Assembly: GCA_964016885.1 (NCBI GenBank)
Contig: OZ024743.1
Coordinates: 358,918,001-358,982,000, forward strand
Direction: 5' to 3'
From: Eledone cirrhosa
Taxonomy: Eukaryota
DNA length: 64,000 nucleotides
Positions within the stretch are counted from its first letter, which is position 1. Each line of letters opens with the position of its first letter. The position numbers were made by a program, and so were the translations under genes. The notes under the pieces are model-generated. The model saw only the letters and a list, made by a program, of their open reading frames with translations, ran no database searches and had not been told where the DNA came from. Below, one piece after another: positions 26,278-39,759 of this stretch.

Positions 26278-26810
26278 ATATAAAATTACAGGTGAAGAGT
26301 TAGGCTGTGTGGTTACTGAAAACAATGGTTAGAAGGTAAACGGGACGTAAACAAGAGAAGAAAAGTATCCTTTCATCAGCTTTTTACTACAGATCATAGA
26401 TGTTTCGGCGTTTAAAACAGAACATCGATCTGTAGCGCTTATCCATCAAAAGGCCACGCGGGAAAGAAGTGATAGTGAAGAGAGAGGAAGAAGAAAAAAA
26501 ATAGGAAAAGAGGAAAAAACGAAGTAAACATACCGATATAAGTTGGGACACAGGACAATGGCACATGTATGTAAAGTTACCGAAGAGAAAGTGGAATAAG
26601 TTATACTGTACCGATGGGTATAAGACCGGTGGCCGTATAACTGCGGAGCAAGGTTTTTCCGTGGCGATCTCAGTAAAGTGAGGGTAGAGAGAGAAAGACG
26701 GAGGAACCGGAAGTGAGAGGGGTAAGAGGGATAGAGAGAGAGGGAGGAGAAGGGAAAGGGAGTTAATCCAAAAGAGTTTTACGACACGTGTGACCAGGCC
26801 GAAAACAACC

Positions 26811-26860
<50 letters not shown>

Positions 26861-27075
26861 GGGAGTCGATCCGAAAGACAAATCAAGCAAGACAGGCAGG
26901 GAGGTCACAGCAGTAAATATAAAATTGCAGGTGAAGAGTTAGGCTGTGTGGTTACTGCAAACGATGGGTTAGAAGGTAAACAAGAGAAGAAAAGTATCCC
27001 TTCATCAGCTGTTTACTACAGATCATAGATGTTTCGGCGCTTAAAACATAACATCGATCTGTAGCACACCATGGC

Positions 27076-27080
<5 letters not shown>
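26278..27080. repeat. Element with ~170 bp direct terminal repeats (26280-26457, 26919-27077), possible pLTR-type
   Basis: Direct repeats with a period of about 638 and an internal hairpin TACAGATC...GATCTGTA. Flanked by (CA)n. Confidence 0.55.
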
Positions 27081-27143
<63 letters not shown>

Positions 27144-27175
27144 CACATGTATATATGTATAGATATATATTTACA

Positions 27176-28470
27176 CATTTTGTCAGGTTTTGTTTTTTGT
27201 CCTGCAGGGTGTCTAAAATCACCCTCCTCACCAAGTAAACTTAGTGGGGTTGCCGGTTTCGTTGCTGACGACCCGACCATGCGGCAGGTTGGGTTGGGTT
27301 GGGTTACATGTTACCAGTAGCACCCAAGAGTGACCCGACATACATACATACATACATGATGGCTGCAAACTCTGCTAAGAGTATTGCAATCGCTTGTCGG
27401 ATTATAGAGTTTGGTGCACTTTCAGACTACGGCTAGTCACACGAACCTGTAACAGATCCTGAACAAGCAATACCTGTGCTTTGAATGTTTTTCAAGTGGA
27501 GAAAGGCCTTGCACTCGATCAATCCCTCTCTCTGAGCATCGAAAACACCACCCGAAAAGGAGAACTGGTCAACATCATCGGATGCTTCCGAAGCCGCAGG
27601 TTTTTTTTCAGAGTTTCTCTCTCTTAGAAAGGTGTTGTGACAACAACTGAGGGCCTTTCACTCCCAGGTGAAAAAAAAAAGAAAGTACTATTTGGATGGC
27701 GGTTGACTCTGCTGAGTTCCTCCGCCCTTTGCAGGTTCTTGTATTTCATCCGGCAGGGTGTCCGTACATACATACATACATACATACATACATACATACA
27801 TACATACATACATGGTGGCTGCCAACTCGTTTTCGAGTACGGCCACTACTTTATATCCATGTAGGAGAACCCCTACCGATGCGCTGAACGAGTGTGACTT
27901 TTTAGTCCAGTCAGCGACTTGAAAACTCTGGTACAAACACTACACTTGTGACAATTATTGACACATAGTGCTGGGCCCATGGTACCATGTGACGGCAAGT
28001 GCAGAGAGATCTCCAGATATAAAGCAATGCCTGTGCCGTGAAGCTTTTATAGTGAGCAAAGGCACTGCACAAAGCCAGTCCCACTCTCTTAACCAAGATG
28101 ATATTTACCAAAAAGAAGAACAAGTCAACATCATTGGATACCATCAGGGTTGCAGGTGTTATATCAGAGTTTTCCTTCTCCTAGAATTCTGCCTTGACAA
28201 AGGCTAAGGGGTCATCTCTCCCAGTGATTTTGGATGGCCATTGACTCTTAAGAGCTCCTTTGCCCTTTGACAGGTTTTGTTTTTAGTCCTGCAGGATGTC
28301 CAAAGTCACCCTCCTCACCAAGAAACCTTAGTGGGGTTGCCAGTTTAGTCGCCAACGACCCGACCATGAGACAGGTTGTACTGGGATACATGTTACCAGT
28401 AGCACCAAGTGGTGACCTGACATACATACATACATACATACATACATACATACATACATACATACATACA
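27176..28470 (-). mobile_element. Tandem array of three related (TATG)n-tailed elements
   Basis: Units 27176-27340, 27357-27765 and 27812-28421, each separated by (CATA)n. Confidence 0.8.
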
Positions 28471-28569
28471 TGTATGTGCATACTTTATTCCTTTACTTTT
28501 TCGATTTAGTTGAAATTTGAAACTGGATTATTTTGTCTCGCGCTTACTGATTTTGACACTTCACTGCAA

Positions 28570-28730
28570 AGGCTAACATTTTATAGGAGGGAGAAATTGA
28601 TGAAATCGATTCCAGTATTCAATTGGTTCCTTATTTTATCGACCAGAGATTGGTGAAAAACGAAGTTGACTCTCGGTAGAGTTTGAACTCAGAAAGTAAA
28701 ATGACGTAACTAATACCGCAAAGAATTTTA
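28570..28730 (-). mobile_element. Old SINE copy
   Basis: TTTATCGAC...TTTGAACTCAGAA...ATACCGCAA remnants. Confidence 0.6.
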
Positions 28731-29903
28731 TTACATTTAAAAGGTTTCATATTTTTGCGGTACCAGGTTCTTTTGCAATTACTTTATGATAAGAGTATAC
28801 AGCAGTCCGACATCATATTTATTTTGCCATCTCGAGTGTTTGCCAAAAAACCATATAAAAATCAATATGTTTTTGCAATTTAGAATTCTATTTTCAACAA
28901 ATACGAAATGTTACAGCAAATCTGAAAGGAATGTATTTCTTCTTCAAATCTACGCTTCAAGCATTTCGTTGTAAATATTGCTCTGGGGGTCATTTCCACT
29001 GAGGTTCAAATATGATTTTACCTATTTATATAATTATTTATTATTTGAACCTCATTCCGAAGATGTAGGTATACATTACACGATCACGGTAGCTATGTGG
29101 TTAGATTGTTTAAAGCCTGTAATTGAAAATAAACGTTTATGTGTTCGTCTTCTCCTCTTCCCCCTTCTCTCTCGACACCATGTTTCAGATGGTTTCATGT
29201 ACCTTATATGTTTCTTATATATATGCCCTTCCACTAGATCAGATCAACAATCACAAGATATATGTCATTTTCTGTATTTTCTTGCGTTTTGTTTTCTGGC
29301 TCTGATGTATACTAACTATTATAGATTTATTCTTGTAGGTTGTATTTGTTTAGAAGGGATTATTAAGCTTATGCAGAAAGTAATCGGCTCGTTCTATCGG
29401 AGTATAATAAGTGTTTACAATATTATATCCTCAATGTTCAGAGCCGTATGCCGTTATTAAATAGCACTAGCAGAAAAACCACCATTCGGGTGGTTTTCTG
29501 CTAGCATGTGTAGTGTGTATTTTGATATTATACGCAAGTATATATACATGTAGATATGATACATCAAATAAAATCATAATTGACAATATAAACAGAAATT
29601 GAACGAAGACGTTGTTACACTGTCTTATGTAATCAGTAACGTAATCCATGATACATTAAAAAAAGACGCATTAGTGACAGAAAATTAGTATGTTTATTTA
29701 AGTGATCGCCACCGGAAGTGTTGACATCACACACTCTCTCTTTCTATATATATGGTAGTTGAAGTGGTGGTGGTGGTGGCAACGATATACCGGAAGTACA
29801 ACTTTGAAAAGAAGTCAATTTTAAATTATTTATTTTTACGAAATTATTTTTGTTTACGAAGTTTAGTAGATAAATTATGTAATATTCATTCATTATTTAT
29901 TCA

Positions 29904-30042
29904 TAGTTACGTCCCTTTACGATCTGAGTTCAAATCCCGCCGAGGTTGACTTTGCCTTTCATCCTTACGGGGTCGATAAAATAAAGTACCAGTAATGCAC
30001 TGGGTTATTGCTGGCCTTGTGCCTAAAGTAAAAACAATTATT
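29904..30042 (+). mobile_element. SINE, 5' truncated
   Basis: B-box, core and GTGCCTAAAGTA.AAACAATTATT end. Confidence 0.88.
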
Positions 30043-30397
30043 TATTCAAGGTAATCCAACTTATTTTACTAACGGGATAAAAAAAAAACCGTACGTAGTC
30101 CCGCAGACCTTCCTTTATTATAGTTTAGATTCAATAATATTCGTCATACGTTTCTTAAATCACAGATTAACGAAAGAATGAAGATTTAGCGTCGAATGAA
30201 TGAGCTCACAGTATATATTGTATACTTCTCTTCACACTTTTGTTAGCCGGAAGGTGCGTATATATATATACATATCCAGTAAAAATTTGTTATATCCAGT
30301 AAAAATTTGTCAGCTCGGTTGTCACTTTGGTAAAAATAGGAGTAAGCAGGGGAAAGCTTTCTACATTCGTAGTGTGTGGTTTACGATGGAGATTCAG

Positions 30398-30656
30398 TAT
30401 AAGAATAACATTAAGAAAGATGTTCTGTTTACATAAAGCGTTTATTTATTATAATTATTTCTATGGCGTCCCGTATGTAGCCAATGTGCAGTATTTACAT
30501 CTGTTGCTAGTACAGGTGCTATGTCATCAGATGAATTTACGTTTATGCTGCAGATGCACCCACTGGACCTTGAATGCATACGGGATGCCATAGAAATAAG
30601 TATAAGGAATAAACGCTTTATGTAAACACAGCATCTTTCTTAATGTTATTCTTATA
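30398..30656. mobile_element. Fold-back/MITE-like element with ~85 bp imperfect TIRs
   Basis: TATAAGAATAACATTAAGAAAGATG ... CATCTTTCTTAATGTTATTCTTATA. Confidence 0.7.
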
Positions 30657-30660
30657 TATA

Positions 30661-30836
30661 TAATTGTTTCTACTGTTGGCACAAGGTCAGCAATTATCCC
30701 AGTGCATTACTGGTACTTTATTTTATCGACCCCGTAAGGATGAAAGGCAAAGTAAACCTCGGCGATATTTGAAATCAGAACGCAAAGGGCCACAACTCTG
30801 TGCTGCAAAGCATGGTGTCTGACGCTCTATCGATAC
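30661..30836 (-). mobile_element. SINE
   Basis: Family match. Confidence 0.88.
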
Positions 30837-32644
30837 TTATATATATATATGATGAAAATATAACGTATATGGACCCATATACAATGATATTCCTATATGA
30901 TAAACATACACATATTCCCCGTGTGAGTATTTTCAGCTGTGCTTTTATCATAGCTATCACAGTATCTGCATAACTTACTCCGAAATACTTAGGTAATGAA
31001 GATATCTCTTTGTATATAGGTTTCGTAAATCTTCTTCTTCTTCTTCTTCTTCTTCTTTGACTTTTGCCCTTTAAGAGCCAATAAAATAAAGTTTTGTTCC
31101 AGGGTGGTAGATTAACAAAGTTGTTAGTGCGTAGTTGTTCCGGCTTTTTATGTTTTGAGTTCAAATCATGCTGCGATCTACCTGAATGGAATACTTAATC
31201 CATTGCCCGGCTTAGCACCACCACCTCACCTTAAGTGGCGTGCACTATTTTGCAAGCATTCAGACAAGGTGTTTAATTGATGAAGCCTCCCCCAACACCA
31301 ATCATGGAGGCCTTGAAAAGTGCGATGGGTGCTGCTTTTTATCCCACAGTAGGAAAAATAATTTATTTAATAATTAATACTTGACATGTTATATTTGTAT
31401 AGTATTTCACGTTTAGCAATTTTATATGATAATATTCATATACGGTCTATATACTTTTCAGATTATTTAGGATATATCATATCGAGTCGTATATTTTCGT
31501 AAATTTATTGCTCAAAGCATATATTATCCATTTTATTTGTACTACTTTACATTTCTACTTTCTATTTGCAATATAAAACATCTTCAGCTATTTTTTCACA
31601 TTTTCAAAGTAGTTCCAAACTCAACTAACATTACATCCATCTGCGCTTGCGCACAGATACAAATCTCCTTCCGCTCCTTCTAAACTATTTCTATCTAAAA
31701 GTATATCTGTGTTCTAACCTAGATATAACACATGACCTTTGATAGTGAGTTAATGACCAATCGTCATGTCTACCCACTACTAGACTTAAACATTCAACAA
31801 TTTACCTTTTTTACTATTTATATAACATCTCGACTCCACTATATTGAATTTAGGATATTTGTAAGTGCATACATTTCTAAATAATAGTATGTTTTCTGTA
31901 GTGATGCGTAGGGACTTCTATGAATGTTGATATATTTACATATGGTGACTTGGTGTACTCATTTTTCTGTGTCAATGTATGTAAAATATAAATATTCGTA
32001 TGGTGATAGCTACAACTATGAATAAACATTGGTATGCGTATTTATGAATGGGCGATATAAGAGCACACACACATACATGCAATATAATCAGAACTACAGT
32101 AGCTATTAAAAGGTGTGTGTGTGGCGAGGTGGGGGTGGGGGTGGGTGCTGGTGCTGGTGGTTATATGTAGAGATTTTGTTTAATGAAAGTGAAAGGCGAC
32201 GGAGAAAATTGTATATTTTTTATATTGTATTAAATTTATTTTCTAAAAGATCTTAAATCATTAACGTATGCATTTTAGTGCAATTAATTATCGTCAGCCA
32301 GACAAAAAGAAGCGATGATACCTAGAGATAAACTGATACCTAATTATTCAAATTGATCTTTTGTTTTAGAAACTCGGTTTCCTGTTAGTTAATAAAACTT
32401 ATAGTTGATAAAACTTAGGTTCAAACATTTAATTAGACAATGATTTACTTGCTGTAACGAATATTAATATGTAGTCACGAACGGTTATGTTACATCCTCT
32501 GGGTCTAAGACATTATCTGATGTTTTTGTTAGAGAAAATTAATACTAATAAGCAAGGAACAAATGGTATACATTTTGATAATGATTATTAATAGTAAAAT
32601 GGTTCAAATGATACAATGTTGTAATAATAATAATAATAATGATG

Positions 32645-33567
32645 ATTTATTTATTAACCACAATGGTTTACATAAAGTAGACATTAAGGACAGTACAGGA
32701 CAATACAGGACGGTACAAATGGGCATTTCTGCGTGTAAAAAACAAGAAACAGAGGATGTAATAATAGAACAATGAAAAAATTCCCCAATAGGGGGGAGAC
32801 TTCCGAGGGACATTCGTGGAGAAAGCCCATTAAAAAGCCACAGTGACCCTGACCACCAGGGTAAGTGCCCTCTCCCAGGTTTCCACCTTTAATTTACAGA
32901 CACATACTCAGAGTAGGCCCATTCACTCGGACCATTCTTGCCTCTCTCACCCATCTTTCAACAAAATGCTGGGAAGAGAGCACTTCCCTTTCTACCCTGA
33001 TTTTCCTTTTCAAATGAAATTTGAAAAAGTTAATCAGAGCATCACCGAAGAGGTAAGTGCTCGTCTTCAGCGCTTTCAAACATGTCCACCATACTATTTC
33101 TTTCGCCATGGCCACCAGACATATAAAATCTGCCTGCCCTTCCCGGCTAAAGGAAGAGGGCGGGGAAATCCTCACGATGGACTCAGCTGATAGCCGGATC
33201 CGTCCTACACGTGACAGCAGGTGTTCGACATAAACCCACAAGTCAGCAATGCTCGGATACTGGATGAGTGCGTGCAGGACGGTTTCGTCACCCTGCGCGC
33301 ATCTCGGACATGCCCGGCTGACGGCACCTCCATGCCTGTAGAGTTTATCCCGAACTGGCAAAGCTCCTCGGTAGCACTGCCAGGCCAGGGATTTCTGGAA
33401 GTTGTCCATAGGCCCCGGCCCGAAAGTTCTTCCGAAGAGATTGGCTAGTTGATTTTCGTCGACGCCTAGAGTTTCCCCAAGTAAGTCGTCGCTCTTCCCC
33501 TCCACTAATCCTCTATAGAACGCCAAGGTGGAGTTTCCACCGATCACAGCCCTCGACCAATCGGGCA
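32645..33567 (-). mobile_element. L1/Tx1-type LINE 3' fragment (C-terminal CCHC/zf-RVT region plus 3' UTR)
   Basis: LAWQCYRGALPVRDKL...CPRCAQGDETVLHALIQ(Y)P...WV. AATAAA at the 3' end. (AAT)n on both sides. Confidence 0.85.
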
Positions 33568-33589
33568 ATAATAATAATAATAATAATAA

Positions 33590-33975
33590 TAATTGTTTCT
33601 ACTTTTGGCACAAGGCCGCAATTATCTCAGTGTATTACTGCTACTTTATTTTATCGACCCCGTAAGGATGAAAGGCAAAGTTAACCTCGGCGGGATTTGA
33701 ACTCAGAATGGTAAGGGCCGTAACTCTATGCGTCAAAGCATGGCGTCCGATCCTCTACCGATACTGCCAATAATAATAATTGTTTCTACTTTTGGCACAA
33801 GGCCAGCAATTATCCCAGTGTATTACTGGTACTTTATTTTATCGACCCCGTAAGGATGAAAGGCAAAGTTAACCTCGGCGGGATTTGAACTTAGTCCCAC
33901 CGAGGTTAACTTTGCCTTTCATCCTTACGGGATCGATAAAATAAAGTACCAGTAATACACTGAGATAATAAACTG
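33590..33975. mobile_element. SINE cluster: two tandem minus copies (33590-33770, 33778-33892) and an inverted plus fragment (33897-33975)
   Basis: Family match with (ATT)n tails. Confidence 0.88.
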
Positions 33976-34046
33976 CCAATAATAATAATAATAATAGTTA
34001 TAACGATATATATATATATATATACTGTATAAATATAAATAAATAA

Positions 34047-34265
<219 letters not shown>

Positions 34266-34411
34266 TACATGTAATGTTATTCCTTCCCATCTATCTGTAT
34301 GTAGATTTTTCAATGAAACCCACAAACATACACCAGAGTAATTAATGTTTTAGTTGTTAACAACCAAGGAATTTTCACGAGTCCAGTTAGTTTAATATTA
34401 ATGGCTTAACA

Positions 34412-34636
34412 AAGGGCGGTGGATTGGCAGTATCGTTAGGACGTCGGACAACATGCTTTATGGCATGGAGTTACGGCCCTTTACGATCTGAGTTCAAATC
34501 CTGTTAAGGTTAGCTTTGCCTTTCATCCTTATGAGGTCGATAAAATAAAGTACCAGTAATGCACTGGGGTCGATTCAGTCGACTTTCCTCTCCACTAAAA
34601 AAATTGTTAACCTTGTGACTAAATCAGAAACCAATA
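34412..34636 (+). mobile_element. Full-length SINE, longer variant
   Basis: AAGGGCGGTGGATTGGCAGTATCGTTAG head, B-box, core and an extra GGGGTCGATTCAGTCGAC segment. Confidence 0.88.
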
Positions 34637-36706
34637 TTAATGGCTTAACAGCTATTCACGCTTGAATGATTTCTTTTCTACGCAAGTCTCAGGCTGAGAA
34701 GTAGCTAGCATCCATAAATTCTAATTATATAAGAATTATAATGCCCAATCAAGTCACGTCTGGGCTGTTTGGGTTCACAATGGCTTCGCTGTGCCCCAAT
34801 ATGCTGGATACCAACTCAGCAAGGATGACATCAAATGCAGTTCAAACTGCGTAATTATCGAGTTTTTCTTGGACTCCCTTCCCAGGCTCTGGTCTGCCTC
34901 GTAGCCAAACAGCAGCGCGTAGCTCAATTCGGTGCATTCTTCACTGGTCGCTACTCTTCTTGATGATGAGTGAAACTGTATCGGAGTAGCCCTGTAACCT
35001 CTACATGTGTTAGTCACACAAATGCCATTTTGGAGACATGGTAGACACGCAAGTAGAGATATAAAGAATCAGGCAAGCAGGAGTTTATGCAGAGGTGGAG
35101 CGTCCGTGTCTATCACTGGTGCTGGCATATGTGTGTGCGGATGAGGTGCATTATGTGAGTGTGCGTGTTATTATACTTTTTTTGTGTCTATATGTGTTGG
35201 AGTGGTGTAGATTTTGTTTATGATGGAGTATATTACCAGTGTGTGTATTTACAAGCGTGTGTAAGTGTGATGTTTGTCTTTTAAAATCTTGAACTATATG
35301 TACACAGTCGCCTACATATGCATTAAAGACCACTGCATAAACGCAGTAGTAGTAGTGATAGCATCACCACCATCATCATCATCATCCTCATCAGTAGTAG
35401 TAGTAGTAGTAGTAGTAACAGCAGCATCACTATCTGAATAACTTACTTTTAAATCTGGTAGCCATTTTCTCTCATTAGCTCTACTTGTCCATTCTAACAA
35501 TATACTGTCACCAATGAAGGCGGCAACTTCAAGTCTATTAGGTTCTCACACCAACGATTGTAAGAAAACGAAATTTATTCTGATTTGTTTTTCCTGCAGT
35601 TTTATGTTCTATTTCGTTTTTCTTTTATTATTAAAGTAATGTTGGATTTCCCAAAATCAATAAATATAACGCCTGAACATTTTCCTCTACTGCACCCAAA
35701 ATATCTTTTGACTTATAAATCTAGTTTACTATAAGTGCACTGGGAATTCATATTTGGGTATAGACGAAAGAGGGAAAAAGAGTGAGAGAAGCGCCGCCGA
35801 AGTTGGTACGTTCGTACAAATTTGGTACTATTTGCCCCTAATTTGACTGTTCTGTACGTTTGGTACCATGCCCGGACGCTTTGGTACGTTTTAAAGATTG
35901 TACATGCTTTGCGAATTTGGCTTACTTGGTATTCTAAAATCCCCATTTGATGATTTACCATTTATCAGCTATAACAATTTTTATGTCGAGAAGCTATCCA
36001 TTAAATGTATTTGGCCGTCAGATCTTACTTGACATCAATACTCTTCTGCGGAGTATTTCAAATCAGTAGCCAACCATCTTCTGTATTACCCTTGTAGCCA
36101 ATAATAATACACTATTTGCTCACAATTGATTAGTGGATGTTTTACTTGAATAGTTTCCACTGACAATACGCAAGGACATCTAAATATAGATAGATTAAGT
36201 CAAATTCTTGGAAGACAACTATATCAGTTCAGTTTAAGTAGTTGTGTCACAGCGTGCAGTGTGCTTTGGTTGTGTCATCTTTCAATATCTGAACTGTTTT
36301 TCTTTTGGAGAAACATTTTGAAGAAACATTTTGAACACATCATGAGTAGAAAAAAAGTGAATGTAGAATATCTTTCTGATAGTGACGTAAATGACATTCC
36401 TCAGAAGAAAAAAATCTGGAATCCACTTTCTTCAAATTAAGTTCGTTCCATATCAACCCATACACCACGACAGACTTCAGTTCATCTATTTTTGAACCGT
36501 TACAACATCAACACGAATGGGTTTTAGACATAAAAGCAAGCACAAACAAAAGCGTATTCGCATTTATACATATGCAGCAGATTTTCGAATAATATATACC
36601 GAGTTAGTTCTCGGTATGGTGAGCTAACTGTTGTGGAACTACTTCTATCAAACACATCCCTTGGACTGAGTGCTCTACTGCTACGGATATAACCCTCCAG
36701 TGTTCT

Positions 36707-36789
<83 letters not shown>

Positions 36790-36929
36790 TAACTCCCCAC
36801 CTCATATGGAGACCTGCAGTATCAATGTAACATATAAGGGCTTCCTACTATGTACTGTGTTAGATGATCAACTTACGACCGGCCTCTTGGAACGTAACTC
36901 GTTCGTAAGTTGGCGTCTTACATTATATA

Positions 36930-37182
<253 letters not shown>

Positions 37183-37480
37183 ATACTTTGGGAGGGTCAT
37201 GTTGCCAATATATATATCATAGATTGAGTTAGAAACTCAATATAGTCTTTTACAATTAAATAGCTCAAAGAAGGGAATCTTTCCTTTCCGAGCCGTGTAA
37301 TACAATTGTATATATAAGAGGGATGAACACCGATACAAGTATACATGTGTTCCAATTGCAAATGACCAAGTTAGCTAGGTTGAAAAATAGTAATTAGTAT
37401 TTTTCAACCTAGCTAACTTGGTCATTTTCAGAGAGTGCTCAACCGGCATACCGCCTATGGAAGCATCTTAGCTACCATCA

Positions 37481-37547
<67 letters not shown>

Positions 37548-37597
37548 CTATATATATCAATATCTATTAGGAATATATATATATATATATATATATA

Positions 37598-37763
37598 TTT
37601 ATTAAAATAACAGATTAAAGTTTAAGCAAAGAATCGCTGCTTTCACCCTTAACGGGATCTTCTGTTATTTTAATAAATATTTGCTCTACTGTTCTTATAT
37701 ATTTGATATATATTTATCCTTATCGAGCCCTCTTTGGATTTTAGTCTTCAAATTTATTATTAT

Positions 37764-37768
<5 letters not shown>
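37598..37768. mobile_element. Short head-to-head PLE fragment pair, family of 44192-45385
   Basis: 37598-37663 is the reverse complement of the 45313-45378 HHR end. 37662-37768 is the reverse complement of 42781-42880. Confidence 0.75.
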
Positions 37769-37826
<58 letters not shown>

Positions 37827-37857
37827 GAAATTAGGAAAATCTGATTCGTAGAATCAA

Positions 37858-37953
37858 GACGTATCTGAGGACCTTGCGATTTTCAGAGTCAGGTTCGATC
37901 ATCAAATCGATCGTGCCTTGAGCTGGTCGCCAGAGAAACGATTGTAATATGTC
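37858..37953 (+). ncRNA. Hammerhead ribozyme with ~63 nt stem II, within PLE fragment 37823-38190
   Basis: GACGUAU CUGAGGA [..GCGA..CAG..CAGG..CGAUC loop GAUCG..CCUUG..CUG.UCGC..] GAAAC GAUU GUA AUAUGUC, then AAUAAA. A related fragment lies at 43346-43470. Confidence 0.75.
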
Positions 37954-38177
37954 CAATAAATTCCATTCGTCGCAACACTGATTCTCTTTTTTTCTGTGAT
38001 ATCATACTCTGCTCTATGAGAGCATCGAGTGCTCAAACGGCCTACCTCAAACGGACGCTTTAAGCATCCAACACCAATTATATACATTGAGCTATTTCTG
38101 TTACTGGTAATAAGGTAGTTGGAAATTACTGACCTTTCCTGTTTATAGTTGTTTATAGTATATACATAACTATAAAT

Positions 38178-38244
<67 letters not shown>

Positions 38245-38495
38245 GTAAGTATGTATGTATGTATACGTACATACATATATGTATACAGACGTACAGTAGT
38301 ATGTATATATATACATACATGCACACACATATATATGCACGTATCGGTTTACCGAACATTTATTATAATGCTCGGTTTGTTTGTTTGTAAACAAACAAAC
38401 AGCCCGAATTACGCCGTACAGTGTTTCGGCAACCACGTCACCTTTTTGTTCAACACTGACACAGGAACGATGTATATATGTATATATATATATAT

Positions 38496-38690
38496 GAGGT
38501 AAGTTATTCCGGGTTGAATTGGAGGTAACCACAGCAATAAGGTACTCAATACATATCAGAGTATAAAAGTTTTAATATAGATGAGATTCTACAAAACTAG
38601 AACTGTTTCATTCTTTAGAAATCATCATGAATCTGATTCCTGATGATTTCTAAAGAATGAAACAGTTCTAGTCCTGTAGAATCTCGTCTC
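38496..38690. mobile_element. Minimal PLE fold-back: two HHRs head to head (38584-38634 minus, 38635-38683 plus)
   Basis: Same family as 21814-21864. The apex lies at the 5' strand of stem I. Confidence 0.85.
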
Positions 38691-38702
38691 TCTCTATCTC
38701 TC

Positions 38703-38747
<45 letters not shown>

Positions 38748-39204
38748 ATTTTATAGAAGGAGCTTCTACAGGACTAGTACTGTTTCATTCAGATGAAATC
38801 TTCAGGAAGCTGGGTGTCATATTAAGTTCTGGTATTTATACATTTAGGTAGTGGCAAGGGAGGGTGGTGGATGGGGGGGGGGGGGGTATTTAGATACACA
38901 GGACCACTACATGGCACAGGCCGTTTTTTCTATGGGGAGTGGTCAATTAGCCAGAGTGCTTTTTTGAAATAAATAAATAAGTAAATAAATAAATAAATAA
39001 ATGAATAAATAAATAGATAAATGAATAAATAAATAAAATAAATAAAGAAATAAATAAAAAATAAATAAATAAAAACCCCAAGAATAGTAATTCAACAGAT
39101 ATATAGTAGGGAAATTTTTTAGGTAGGTTGGTAATAGAAATTAAGCATTTAACAAGACCGAATCATGGCACAGACTGGGGTGAGTGGTCAAGTTAACATA
39201 CATT

Positions 39205-39759
39205 AGACTCTCTTACTCTACCACACCTAATCTAGCCAGAAACTTAGCCAACAACAACATCAAGAAGCTAAATAAGTCTACTTTTTCCGAAGCCCATCCA
39301 GCAACCGATAGCAACTGCAATTGCCCTGATAAGACGACCTGCCCTCTCAACAACAACTGTCTAAAAAAAGATCTTGTGTATATATGCGATGTACTCTCAG
39401 GCCCCGATGAAAAAAGAAACTCGTACATCGGGATGACTTCTAATAGTTTTAAGACTCGCTGGTACGCCCACACACACTCGTTCCGGCGCCCAGACAAATC
39501 CAACCAAACTACACTCGCCGCCCACATCTGGCACCTAAAAAGGAACTCCATCCCCTTCAAGACCCAATGGAGACTACTCCAGAGAGCGCGATCATACACG
39601 GGAGGCCATAATTGCTGTGACCTCTGTATCTCCGAGAGCTATGAGATTCTATTCGCCAAAGGCCCTCTCCTCAACAAGATCTCGGAACACTCCCCTAATT
39701 GCATGCACAAGAACTATGCAAATTACAAAAACTACAGACCCCCCCGGCCCCCCGACTGA
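39205..39759 (+). CDS. PLE GIY-YIG endonuclease domain, Naiad-type (fragment)
   Basis: CNC-x5-CPLxxxC, LVY...YIGMT..SFKTRW..H..SF, TTLAAHIWHLK, CDLCISE, LLNK..E....CMH. Confidence 0.88.
   Translation, partial: RLSYSTTPNLARNLANNNIKKLNKSTFSEAHPATDSNCNCPDKTTCPLNNNCLKKDLVYICDVLSGPDEKRNSYIGMTSNSFKTRWYAHTHSFRRPDKSNQTTLAAHIWHLKRNSIPFKTQWRLLQRARSYTGGHNCCDLCISESYEILFAKGPLLNKISEHSPNCMHKNYANYKNYRPPRPPD

Noticed and set aside
26370-26445. HHR in the 26.3/27.0 kb direct repeats
   Set aside because: CUGAUGA lies downstream of GAAAC on the minus strand with no matching stem II; it folds as a simple hairpin.
28290-28420. Canonical HDV-like ribozyme at the 5' end of the 600 bp element
   Set aside because: A P1-like pairing exists, but L3/P1.1 and J4/2 consensus could not be fitted; kept only as an untyped candidate.
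27176-28470. CRISPR-like repeat/spacer array
   Set aside because: The repeats are microsatellites and the spacers are long homologous units; eukaryotic context.
28978-29460. 160 aa hydrophobic ORF
   Set aside because: Non-ATG start, AT-rich composition, no recognisable motif.
34775-35100. GC-richer unique stretch, possible exon
   Set aside because: No frame gave a recognisable protein and no clear splice sites; cannot support a call.
39205-39759. Selenoprotein-type Naiad (in-frame UGA plus SECIS)
   Set aside because: Conserved Cys positions here and at 51336-51848 are TGT/TGC codons. There is no in-frame TGA in the visible fragments and no SECIS was recognised.
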